From Candidatus Helarchaeota archaeon (lineage in GTDB: Archaea > Asgardarchaeota > Lokiarchaeia > Helarchaeales > RDOG01): a stretch of 64,000 bases of DNA. This document shows positions 1 to 9,592 of this stretch, in pieces (positions within the stretch are counted from its first letter, which is position 1; each line of letters opens with the position of its first letter). Position numbers and translations under genes: made by a program. Location: positions 544,001 through 608,000 of the forward strand of contig JAHPZH010000002.1 in assembly GCA_019058315.1 (NCBI GenBank), read 5' to 3'. The notes under the pieces were generated by a model. The model was given only the letters and a program-made list of their open reading frames with translations, was not told the DNA's origin and made no database searches.

Positions 1-224
1 CAACCAGCCACGATCAAAATTTCTCCAAAGTTCATGTAAATAAATTTTGCATCCTTTAAAGAAATACTGTCAATTTCACCCTTTCCACTTTCTTTAGCAA
101 ACGTATCAAGTGCAATAAAAAATCCAGAAATTAAATCTTCTCCCATTTGAATAGTAGAGTTTCCAAAATTTTTATGGAATAAATTTTCCCCGCTATTTTT
201 AATAATCCATATATTGTTAATCAT
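1..224 (-). CDS. Longin-domain protein, partial (runs off window start)
   Basis: Not in ORF track; hand translation from ATG at 224: MINNIWIIKNSGENLFHKNFGNSTIQMGEDLISGFFIALDTFAKESGKGEIDSISLKDAKFIYMNFGEILIVAG. Matches the Asgard longin pattern (hhhxxxSG-x-x-LF ... LISGFhxAhxxF). Confidence 0.75.
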   Translation of the reverse strand, partial: MINNIWIIKNSGENLFHKNFGNSTIQMGEDLISGFFIALDTFAKESGKGEIDSISLKDAKFIYMNFGEILIVAG

Positions 225-854
225 TTCAAATTGTCCCTTCTAATGAATAAAAATCGGAGCCATTTATGTCATATTTAGGATTTTATGATAATTAAGGTTA
301 CTAATTTCACATAATACCCGTTTCATTTAAAAAACTATTGTGGGAAAATTAGAAATAAATACAAAAAATATTGTGAAATTCTTAAATATTTAATAAAAAC
401 ATTGTAAATTTTAAATAGACCATTAGAGAATCTTAAAAATTGATAAATATTTTTGTGAATTTCGAAAAAAAAGCTTGATATTAAAAAAAAAATCTACTTA
501 AATATTTTTATTTCTATTCCTTTCAAATAAGCCTATTCATCTTTTTAATTCAAATTTGGGAGAAAAGATATATAAGACCATATATAATTAAAGCTTGAAT
601 ATTATTCTCATATTTAAATGATAATAATAAATTAAATCAACAAGATTGGAAATTTTTATATGAAAATATCAATGTAGAAAACTATTTTAATAACAAAAGA
701 TTATGAGATATTTAGAGGAATGATAAATAAAATTTTTTAAATAACCCCGAATTAATTATCAAATCTTTTATAATTCAGAATTAATTTCAAAATTTTTTTA
801 ATTAATGAAAAATATCATTCTATATTTGACGAATTATCTTACATTGGTGTTTAA

Positions 855-2759
855 ATGAAGGAGGAATCGAAAGAAAATTCATTAAAATTAACTTCAGAAG
901 AGACTTTAAAATCATATGGTTTAGATGCGAATAGTATTAATACGTATTTCAACTTAACTGGGAGAGGTCCCGTTGCTATAGGGGAAATTAACATTTTAAC
1001 TGGATTATCGACTGAAGAGGTCCAGAAAATTATCGATGTATTGCTCGAGAAGGGTCTAGTTAGAAGTATTCCTTCTATTGTTCCTAGATATGAAGCACTT
1101 CCCCCATATATGGTGCTATTACAACAGTTAAATGATTTTCAGGATTTCGTTAGAAATCTTCAATCAGGTTCATCAAGTTCATTAGGCATTCAATTAAAGA
1201 AAGTACAGGATAGTATTGATAAAATTAAACAATTAAAAGATTTTCAAAACTCTCTAAATGAAGTTAGAGATAGTGTACCTAAATCTATAAATGATCAATT
1301 AAAGAAATTTGAAGATCAAATTAGTGAATTTACACATTTAGAGAAAATTCGTTCTTTTATTCATCAAACCGAATCCGATATGACAAAATCGTTAGAAGAA
1401 CAATTTGGCGATTTTGAAGAAAAGTCAGATACACAAATACTGAAACAATTTACAGAATTTGAAAATTTTATGAATGAAATAAAAATGAAATTTATGCAAG
1501 ATTTGCAGATTCAATTTGGTAATTTTATGGGACAATTTGGTAGATTAATGGATAGTTTCATGAGCTTTTCTCAATTTATCGTTAATACTAGTGAAATGAC
1601 ACCTGATCTTCTACGAAAGGAATTTAAAAAATTTGAAGACCAAGTTCAAGGTTTAAAATCAAAAATATCTCAGGAATTTGAAACTCGATTCAAAATGAAG
1701 GCCTTTAAGCAATTTATAGAAAATTTTGTTCAGGATATTGTAATCAAAGAATTTAATTCCATTCGTGAAAGTTTTCAAGATGATGTTATTAAAGTAACTG
1801 CTTCAACTTTTTCAAGAATTGAAGAACAAACTGAAAATATTTCAGGAAATATGTTAACAGAAATTGATAATTTAAAATCATTATTTAGTGAAAAAATTGT
1901 CCAAGGTGTAGAAAATAATGTTAATAATATAGATAGTCAAATGAAAAGCATATCAAATGCTGTTAAAACTCAACTTATAACTCTTGAAGAACTATTTAGA
2001 AAGGGAATTATTAACAAATTACAAGAAAATATGCAAGAAGCAGAAAAAAAGATTGATGGCTCAACTCAAAGCATTACCGACGATCTTAAAGTTTGGCTAA
2101 CAGAAAGTCTTGGCAAAAATATCCGCGAAAATTTAATTCACACTCTTAATAATCTTGATAAACAATTAAGTACATCATCAAGTGATATTTTAGATATTTT
2201 TACAAATTTAGAGAATATTTTTAGAGAAAATATAATTAACTCCCTTCAAGAAGTATTAAAGTCAATTGAGCAAAGAATTGAACTTTCAGAGAAGACTATG
2301 AAAGATTTTTGGCAAATTGCTAAAGAAAAAGCTGTCTTTAAATTTGAAGATATTTGGTTTGTTCGTGGCAGGGAAGGAATGATCGCTCAAATAAATGAAT
2401 TAATAAATCATACAAAAGCAAGAATTCTAATTGTAGCACCAAATTTAGAGGACATTGATGTGACTTCTCTTAAGAATTTATCATCACATATAAATGTCCG
2501 AATAGCTGCAAAAATAAATTTGGACAAACCTACATGTAAAGATATATTGAACCAACTCCAAAAATTTTCAAATATTGAGTTAAGAAACTATATTAAAAAA
2601 GATCTTTGGGGAGCAGTAAAAGATGGAGAGGAAATCGTTATAGGAGTAGCCTCTGAGAAAGAAGTTGCTGGAATGGCTTCTATTTTAATAGATCATGTCC
2701 GTATGTTTCTAAATCCTCTCGAAAATGCTTGGCTAATTGGAAAAAAACAATGGCAGTGA
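855..2759 (+). CDS. TrmB-family protein with ~410-aa repetitive helical insertion between wHTH and C-terminal effector-like domain
   Basis: N-term wHTH ending LLEKGLV..PRYEALPP; C-term IWFVRGREG..LINHTKARILIVAP..KDGEEIVIG typical of TrmB C-domain; long amphipathic helical middle; GGTG SD at 846. Confidence 0.7.
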   Translation: MKEESKENSLKLTSEETLKSYGLDANSINTYFNLTGRGPVAIGEINILTGLSTEEVQKIIDVLLEKGLVRSIPSIVPRYEALPPYMVLLQQLNDFQDFVRNLQSGSSSSLGIQLKKVQDSIDKIKQLKDFQNSLNEVRDSVPKSINDQLKKFEDQISEFTHLEKIRSFIHQTESDMTKSLEEQFGDFEEKSDTQILKQFTEFENFMNEIKMKFMQDLQIQFGNFMGQFGRLMDSFMSFSQFIVNTSEMTPDLLRKEFKKFEDQVQGLKSKISQEFETRFKMKAFKQFIENFVQDIVIKEFNSIRESFQDDVIKVTASTFSRIEEQTENISGNMLTEIDNLKSLFSEKIVQGVENNVNNIDSQMKSISNAVKTQLITLEELFRKGIINKLQENMQEAEKKIDGSTQSITDDLKVWLTESLGKNIRENLIHTLNNLDKQLSTSSSDILDIFTNLENIFRENIINSLQEVLKSIEQRIELSEKTMKDFWQIAKEKAVFKFEDIWFVRGREGMIAQINELINHTKARILIVAPNLEDIDVTSLKNLSSHINVRIAAKINLDKPTCKDILNQLQKFSNIELRNYIKKDLWGAVKDGEEIVIGVASEKEVAGMASILIDHVRMFLNPLENAWLIGKKQWQ

Positions 2760-2808
2760 AGCCTATCCCAATTTAAAGTTCTCGATTTCAGAATAAGTCT
2801 TATTGAAC

Positions 2809-3900
2809 TTAGCTATAATTTTTTTCCAATAGTTCAAAGTGCTTTACAGCAAGAGGTCTATCTAATTTTCGAAGTCTAAGTAAATTTCTGATATTTTCAA
2901 GTAAATAACTTGGAAAAAAGGTTTGGAACTTAATATCACTTGTTAATAATGTCCATTTTTTTAATTTATGGTCTTTAAACTCAGCAAAAATGTTCATTCT
3001 CAATAAATTTTGGTATACATCTTCAATTTCTTCTTTATCAAAATCTGAATGCTTTGAAATTTCTTCAGTGAGTATTGGTTGTTTTCGTAGTATTGAAATT
3101 AAATCATAATATATAGGATTTGTAATAATTTCAGCTAACCTTTCGATGTCTCTTGAGGAAGGTGTATATGCTTTAAAATATTCTATAAGATATTGAATGT
3201 AATCATTAGCCATAACAGAGGAAAATTTTTTTGACTGAACTTTTGAGATAATATCATATGGCGGAAACCGAGTCCCATAAAAATCGCGAATTAAGAAGAC
3301 ATTTTCAACTCTTCCTTTCTTAATAAAATCTCTAATAATTAAATTGCCTCTTATCAAATGGGATAATAAACTATCCATATTGGAAATGGTCTCTCCAAGT
3401 TCTTTTTCTAGTCTATCTTTTAGATCCATTATTGTTAATGGCCCTTCTTTAAGGATTTCAAAAAGCTTATTCAATTTATAATCTTTTAGAATAAATGCAT
3501 AAATTTGTTCCTGAGTTAATTTACTGGATTTAACTATATACAAGAAAGTTTTTGACAAAATATCTTTAAATTTCTCTGTTCCAACATTTGAAATAATATT
3601 ATTCACTGATTCTAATAGTGGATCTTCAAACCAATTTGTATCTTCATCAATATCTAATAAAATAGCAATTGCATATTGAGTTTGGACATCAATTCCTGTA
3701 AAATAACTCAAAACATTATCTGCACCTGATAATTTAATGGATAATAATCCTGGTCTTCCTTCTCCCATTGCATGTGATGTATAGATTCTCATAATTTCAT
3801 CTTGTTCAATTTTAAGATCTTCGGGATATTTTGAATCTAATATAACTCCTTCTTTATCGTCCCATTTTATAACTGCTATTCCTTTAGGGATTTTAATCAC
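2809..3900 (-). CDS. uDENN/longin domain plus tandem winged-helix protein
   Basis: N-term IAVIKWDDKEGVILDSKYP resembles the uDENN/NPRL-type longin start (hhxFDxxxGPxhxxxYP); two wHTH-like segments follow; GTG start 18 bp after upstream stop with AAGGAA. Confidence 0.6.
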   Translation of the reverse strand: MIKIPKGIAVIKWDDKEGVILDSKYPEDLKIEQDEIMRIYTSHAMGEGRPGLLSIKLSGADNVLSYFTGIDVQTQYAIAILLDIDEDTNWFEDPLLESVNNIISNVGTEKFKDILSKTFLYIVKSSKLTQEQIYAFILKDYKLNKLFEILKEGPLTIMDLKDRLEKELGETISNMDSLLSHLIRGNLIIRDFIKKGRVENVFLIRDFYGTRFPPYDIISKVQSKKFSSVMANDYIQYLIEYFKAYTPSSRDIERLAEIITNPIYYDLISILRKQPILTEEISKHSDFDKEEIEDVYQNLLRMNIFAEFKDHKLKKWTLLTSDIKFQTFFPSYLLENIRNLLRLRKLDRPLAVKHFELLEKNYS

Positions 3901-3918
3901 TTCCTTAATTTAATTAAT

Positions 3919-6900
3919 TTATTTCTTTTTACCTGCTTTTTTTTCCATTTTTCCAAAACCTTTTTTCTTACCAGTTAAAGGTATTAAAATTTCATTCTGG
4001 AATTTTTCAAAATCTTTTTCGACTAACCCAGAAATTAGATCTGTTCTGGAGCCAACTTCAAATGGTTTAACGGTCTTTTTCTTTTTAATATTCTTAATTG
4101 CCTTTCGCATTCTCCTTACAATCACCGGATATCTAAAATGTCTATACCAAGCCATATATACCGATAATCCTGCAATTGCGCCTACCATAGGAATTATTAT
4201 CATTGCTAATAATGGCCTAATATCTTCTGGTGGGAAAAATAGTGGTGGCTGTTCTTTTCCAGGTTCTTGTGGTGGAAGTTGAACAACAAGATAAATTATT
4301 ATATTTAAAGCTGTATAATTTTCTTTGAATGCTGAAATAGTAATATCATATGTTTTTGTTGTCATAGGGGCATCCATTGTAAATTCATATGTCCCATCTA
4401 GATTATCGGTTAAATTTCCTTCTCCTCTTACCCAATAGTATGTTACTGTGGCGTTCTTTATGAACTCTATCCAACCCGTTGAAGAATTATCAACCTCAAA
4501 AGTAACTCTAATCGTGAAACTACTTCCAGGTGTAACATTTAATATATTATATTCAGCTGTCAGAATGGTTGGTATGTTAAAAATTTTTAATAAAAATGTA
4601 TCAGTTTTTATTTTATAACCTAAATTAGAACCGTTAGCTTTAACAAATATATAATAAACACCAATACCAAGATTACTTGTATTTAAATTTAAATAGTAGA
4701 AACCAGAGCTATTATAATTAAAACCACCAGCACCTAATGAATCCTCACTATAGGTAATATTTGCGTTTTCAATTGGTTTGCCACTTGAATCATTATAATA
4801 TAATTTCAATGTAATATTTTGTTTTAAATAAGTGTCATCAAGATCTTCTAATATAAGAGTTGCATCTATAAGTTCAATAAATATACTAATAGGGATTGAA
4901 GCATTTGCATAATTTGACTTATTTGCGGTAATATAAATCAAAAATGTTCCTACTCGACCAAAGATCGAAGTATTAAAGGTAAGATTATAAATTCCAGATG
5001 AAGAAATCTCAAAGTAAGAATAATTACTTAAAGACCAGTATTGTGCTCCAAACTCGAAGCTAACAGATAGATTTGCATCAGAAATTAATGTATTATTATC
5101 AGTATCACCATATGAAATTAGAATTGAAATATTAGATCTAAATTCAACAGGATCTGGTTGAATATAACTGAGATTTGTAAATATATTGTGAATATTTATT
5201 GATATGTAAATTTCTCTTGTTTCATATTTCGACTTACTTGCATTAATTTTCAAAGTGTAGGTTCCAATTGTTTTTGATGTCGAATTTAAAGTTATTGTAT
5301 ATTTTCCTGATCCCACCTCTTGAATTGTATAATAACCCAAGTCCCAATTACATTGAATAGTAGCATTTGAAATCCCTTGTGTTGAAGTTTCATTATAAAA
5401 TATTTCTATAGTTTCATTTCTTCCCCAAGGAACAAATACTCCACCTACTTGAGGGGATGTGAGCGTTGTACTTCTATCGACAACAAAAATACTAATGGGA
5501 TTTGTAGCATTAGCATAATTTGCTTTATATGCGGTTACATAGATCACATATGTTCCTCCACCTCCAAAAATGGAAGTATTAAAGGTAAGATTATAAGTTC
5601 CAGATGGAGAAATCTCAAAGTAAGAATAATTATTTAAAGGCCAATATTGAGCACCCAGTTCAAAGCTAACCGTAATATTTGCATTTGATATTAATGTACC
5701 ATTATCTATATCTCCATATTCAAGTTGAATAGTAATATTTCTATCTATTCCAACGGGACTGGGTTGAATGTAAGTTAAATTTGTATATATATTACGGATA
5801 TTTATTGAAATAAAAATTTCCTTTGTTTCATATTTTGCCTTACTTGCATTAATTTTTAACGTATAAGTCCCAATCGTTTTTATTGTTGTATTTAAAGTTA
5901 TATTATATTGACCAAAACCCACTTCTTGAATGGTATAATAACCCGAGTTCCAATTACATTTTACAGTTGCATTCGAAATCCCTGGTCCAAGTGATTCATT
6001 ATAATAAACATCTATAGTTACATTTCTTCCCGAAGGAACGAATAGACCCCCTATCTGAGGAGAGGTGAGCGTTGAAGTTCTATCGCCAACAAAGATACTA
6101 ATAGGGGTTGTAGCGTTCGCATAATTTGATTTATTTGCTGTGACATAAATCACATAAGTCCCTCCACCACCAAAAACCGAGGTATTAAACGTGAGGTTAT
6201 AAGTTCCTGGGGAAATCTCTTGATAGGAGAAATTATTTAGAGGCCAATATTGGGCATCAAAATCAGAGCTGACAGTGATGTTTGCACCTGAAATTAACGT
6301 GCCGTTATCAATATCTCCATATGTAAGTTGAATAGTAACGTTTCTATCTATTCCTATAGGGCTGGGCTGAACATATGTGATATTTGTATATATATTGCGG
6401 ATATTTATTGATATGAAAATTTCTTGACCTATATATTTCAACTTACTTGCATTAATTTTTAACGTGTAGGTTCCAATCGTCTTTACTGTTGTATTTAAAA
6501 TTATTCTATATTGCCCTGAGCCCATCTCTTGAATGATGTAGTAGCCTGCGTCCCAATCACATTTTACCGTTGCATTAGAAATCCCTAAGCCAAGTGATTC
6601 ATTATAATTAACATCTATGGTAATATTTTTTCCCCAAGGAACGAACAGCCCACCTATCTGAGGAGAAGTGAGAGTCGTACTCCTATCGCTAACAAAGATA
6701 CTAATAGGGGTTGTAGCGTTCGCATAATTTGATTTATTTGCTGTGACATAGATCACATAAGTCCCTCCACCACCAAAAACCGAGGTGTTAAACGTGAGGT
6801 TATAAGTTCCTAGGGAAATCTCTTGATAGGAGAAATTATTTAAAGACCAATATTGAGCACCAAGATCAGAGCTGACAGTGATGTTTGCACCTGAAATTAA

Positions 6901-9360
6901 TGTGCCGTTATCTATATCTCCATACTTTATTTGAACAGTAACATTTCTATCTATTCCTACTGGACTGGGTTGAATGAAAGTGAGATTTGTGTAGATATTG
7001 CGGATATTAATAGATATATAAATTTCTTGATTGACATGCCCAGTTTTACTTGCATTTATTTTTATTGGATAAATTCCTATCGGTTTTATAGATGTATTTA
7101 AAATTATTTGATAATGACCTGAACCAATTTCTTGAATAGTATAATAACCTAAGTCCCAATCACATTTTATAGTTGCATTAGTGATGCCTTGATTTAAGGA
7201 ATCATTATAGTTGACGTCTATGGTCACATTTGTTCCCCAAGGAACGAATAGTCCACCGATTTGTGGAGATGTTAGATTCGTAGTTTGTGTAACTTCAAGC
7301 TGAATTAAATCTTGTTTATATTGGGATTTATAATATGTCTTATTTGCGGAAACCGATACATTATATAACCCATATTGCCAACCAGCGGTATCAATTTCTT
7401 CAATATAGATCCCACCACCGTAATATTGCATAGAACCTTTTATTTCTGTCGCATTATCAATTGTATAATTCACAGTTGCCCCAATAATACCCTCTTCTTC
7501 ATTTATATCTGTATAATTTACTTTAATAAGCACTGTATCCCCAGTAAAAATAGGAGTAACTAAAGCATCTTGATCCTCAGCCCGATCTAAAGTTGTATCG
7601 TGAGTTACATCAAAATTTAAAACGATTAAGCCGACTTGGGATGCATTTCCACCATTCCATCGAATATTAACTGTATATTTGCCTGCACTTGCATTTTTAG
7701 CTCCTAAAGTAAAGGTATCAAACTCAACATATCCAGAAGAATCGGGTGATTTATTTTGAGATACTTGTTTCCATGTAGTGCCGTTTGGATAAAAAACAAG
7801 CAATGAAGCGTTTGTTTGGGTTAGATCAGGAATTAATTGATCATTTATTGTTGCATTAATTTTCATAGTATCGGAAATTTCAAAGCTAGTATTTTTTTCC
7901 CATGTGGAAATAGCCCATTTCCAAATTGTCGCGTTTAACACATAATTAGGAGCCTCGGCTATAAATTTCCATCTACCGTTAATGGCAATACTATTTGGGA
8001 TAATTAAAGTAGAATTTCCGGGACCTGAAGTCGGTAAAACATCATTAATTTTGTCATTACCGTAAGGATCAATCACTTGAGTTATATTCCAATTCACAGG
8101 CTTCGAAACATTAAAATAATAATCTATTTCATAAGTTCCTGGTATAGAAACCCCAAAATACATTGTCCATTCCGCTCTTGTTTCATTTCCTACTTTAAAT
8201 TTACTTCCTTGTAATCCAAGATCTGTGGTTGTAAAAGTAGAAGATGTAGCATTAATGAAGATATCAGTATCAATATAAACCAAACCTGATGAATTTGATG
8301 AAAAAGAAAAGTTATACTCAGAACCTCCTGCAGTTCCCAGCCAAGTATCATTAAAAGAAGAAGAACCTGTACCAGGATCACCTAAGTCTGAAATTTCTAC
8401 TGTTGTTCCATGTTCATTATCGGTTAAGTTAAGCGCAATTTGAGATGGTTTTGGAATACTTGACATTTTTAAGGTAATATTATCAAAATAAATCGATATA
8501 TTTGCAGCTGGACTAAATAAACCATTACCAAATGCAACACCAAATCGAACACTTATATTTCCTGGTGGATTAAAACCATAAAGTTCTGGATTAAATGGAA
8601 CTATTATATCTGAATACCAAGTATCATTTTCTATATCGTTTCTTAGAGAAACCAATTTGAATGCTGTTTCTACTCCATTTAAACCTATACTACAATAAAG
8701 GGAGGTACCTCCTGGTGCGTCTCTATTAACGATCCAATCAGTATCATTTGTTATTAATCTATAATTAAAATCAATAATCCAATCTTCAAATGGAATTTCA
8801 TTTCTATCAAAATTAAAAGTATAATTCCAATAAGAATCTGTATTTTGCCAGTTATTTGAGGCATTTGCGATAAATTTAAGATATATGGAGTCGTTTGAAT
8901 CAAGAGGCTCATCTAACCAGCCAAATTCCGCTAATTCTGGGTCTGAACTCGTAGTATAATTAGTCCAAGAGGTGCTATCATATCCAAAATCAAAAGTATC
9001 ATTTATCCATAACCTATCATATTCATAAATATCTGTGATGTTAAATCGAATTTTATTTGCTTCCCAATTCTCAGGAACAATTATAGATGCATTTCCAGAT
9101 TTTGATAAATTAAGCCCATTTTCTTGGAAAATTCCTCGTCCAAACTCCGTCACATTTTGATGAATTCCAACTCCCGAATATTCCGCTGAATTGGATTGAA
9201 TAGAAATAATTGGGAACTCAATATTAGATTCGGATCTATTGATAAATTGAGAGTACAAATTGTCATCATTAGATAAATTATAGGTATTTAAATTAGTAAA
9301 AATCATTATTGAGAGAAACATGAGTGTTAAAAAAAATGATTTTAATCTTTTTGTTGGCAT
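3919..9360 (-). CDS. Giant single-pass cell-surface glycoprotein (1813 aa) with tandem Ig-like repeats and basic cytoplasmic tail
   Basis: N-term hydrophobic signal, beta-rich body with many NxS/T sequons, four ~200-aa repeats, C-term TM (LLAMIIIPMVGAIAGLSVYMAW), ~70-aa tail. Confidence 0.85.
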   Translation of the reverse strand: MPTKRLKSFFLTLMFLSIMIFTNLNTYNLSNDDNLYSQFINRSESNIEFPIISIQSNSAEYSGVGIHQNVTEFGRGIFQENGLNLSKSGNASIIVPENWEANKIRFNITDIYEYDRLWINDTFDFGYDSTSWTNYTTSSDPELAEFGWLDEPLDSNDSIYLKFIANASNNWQNTDSYWNYTFNFDRNEIPFEDWIIDFNYRLITNDTDWIVNRDAPGGTSLYCSIGLNGVETAFKLVSLRNDIENDTWYSDIIVPFNPELYGFNPPGNISVRFGVAFGNGLFSPAANISIYFDNITLKMSSIPKPSQIALNLTDNEHGTTVEISDLGDPGTGSSSFNDTWLGTAGGSEYNFSFSSNSSGLVYIDTDIFINATSSTFTTTDLGLQGSKFKVGNETRAEWTMYFGVSIPGTYEIDYYFNVSKPVNWNITQVIDPYGNDKINDVLPTSGPGNSTLIIPNSIAINGRWKFIAEAPNYVLNATIWKWAISTWEKNTSFEISDTMKINATINDQLIPDLTQTNASLLVFYPNGTTWKQVSQNKSPDSSGYVEFDTFTLGAKNASAGKYTVNIRWNGGNASQVGLIVLNFDVTHDTTLDRAEDQDALVTPIFTGDTVLIKVNYTDINEEEGIIGATVNYTIDNATEIKGSMQYYGGGIYIEEIDTAGWQYGLYNVSVSANKTYYKSQYKQDLIQLEVTQTTNLTSPQIGGLFVPWGTNVTIDVNYNDSLNQGITNATIKCDWDLGYYTIQEIGSGHYQIILNTSIKPIGIYPIKINASKTGHVNQEIYISINIRNIYTNLTFIQPSPVGIDRNVTVQIKYGDIDNGTLISGANITVSSDLGAQYWSLNNFSYQEISLGTYNLTFNTSVFGGGGTYVIYVTANKSNYANATTPISIFVSDRSTTLTSPQIGGLFVPWGKNITIDVNYNESLGLGISNATVKCDWDAGYYIIQEMGSGQYRIILNTTVKTIGTYTLKINASKLKYIGQEIFISINIRNIYTNITYVQPSPIGIDRNVTIQLTYGDIDNGTLISGANITVSSDFDAQYWPLNNFSYQEISPGTYNLTFNTSVFGGGGTYVIYVTANKSNYANATTPISIFVGDRTSTLTSPQIGGLFVPSGRNVTIDVYYNESLGPGISNATVKCNWNSGYYTIQEVGFGQYNITLNTTIKTIGTYTLKINASKAKYETKEIFISINIRNIYTNLTYIQPSPVGIDRNITIQLEYGDIDNGTLISNANITVSFELGAQYWPLNNYSYFEISPSGTYNLTFNTSIFGGGGTYVIYVTAYKANYANATNPISIFVVDRSTTLTSPQVGGVFVPWGRNETIEIFYNETSTQGISNATIQCNWDLGYYTIQEVGSGKYTITLNSTSKTIGTYTLKINASKSKYETREIYISINIHNIFTNLSYIQPDPVEFRSNISILISYGDTDNNTLISDANLSVSFEFGAQYWSLSNYSYFEISSSGIYNLTFNTSIFGRVGTFLIYITANKSNYANASIPISIFIELIDATLILEDLDDTYLKQNITLKLYYNDSSGKPIENANITYSEDSLGAGGFNYNSSGFYYLNLNTSNLGIGVYYIFVKANGSNLGYKIKTDTFLLKIFNIPTILTAEYNILNVTPGSSFTIRVTFEVDNSSTGWIEFIKNATVTYYWVRGEGNLTDNLDGTYEFTMDAPMTTKTYDITISAFKENYTALNIIIYLVVQLPPQEPGKEQPPLFFPPEDIRPLLAMIIIPMVGAIAGLSVYMAWYRHFRYPVIVRRMRKAIKNIKKKKTVKPFEVGSRTDLISGLVEKDFEKFQNEILIPLTGKKKGFGKMEKKAGKKK
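4875..7280 (-). repeat. Four tandem ~600-bp intragenic repeats (each probably two Ig-like domains)
   Basis: Unit start (T/S)xLTSPQ(I/V)GG(L/V)FVP recurs near 7280, 6680, 6080, 5477; near-identical DNA between units, e.g. 6721-6840 vs 6121-6240. Confidence 0.9.
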
Positions 9361-9592
9361 TTATTTCCTTCCTTAATAAATTTTGATAATACCCACATAT
9401 TTAATGTAATTTGGGAAGAGTTTCCCCATATTTGAATTTTTAATCAGCAATTAAATTATTTATAAATGTTATAATATCTTATCAATACTAATATATAGTT
9501 TTAACGTTAAATTTTAGTTCAGAGTAAGAAAAATAAAGTTCCTCAAAAATTCTTTATTAATTATTAGAAGTGAATATATAGAGGGATTCCCG

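Noticed and set aside
225-854. Long AT-rich intergenic region (also 26006-26472) as origin or ncRNA
   Set aside because: No ORB-like repeats, no adjacent cdc6 and no GC-rich structure; consistent with divergent promoters.
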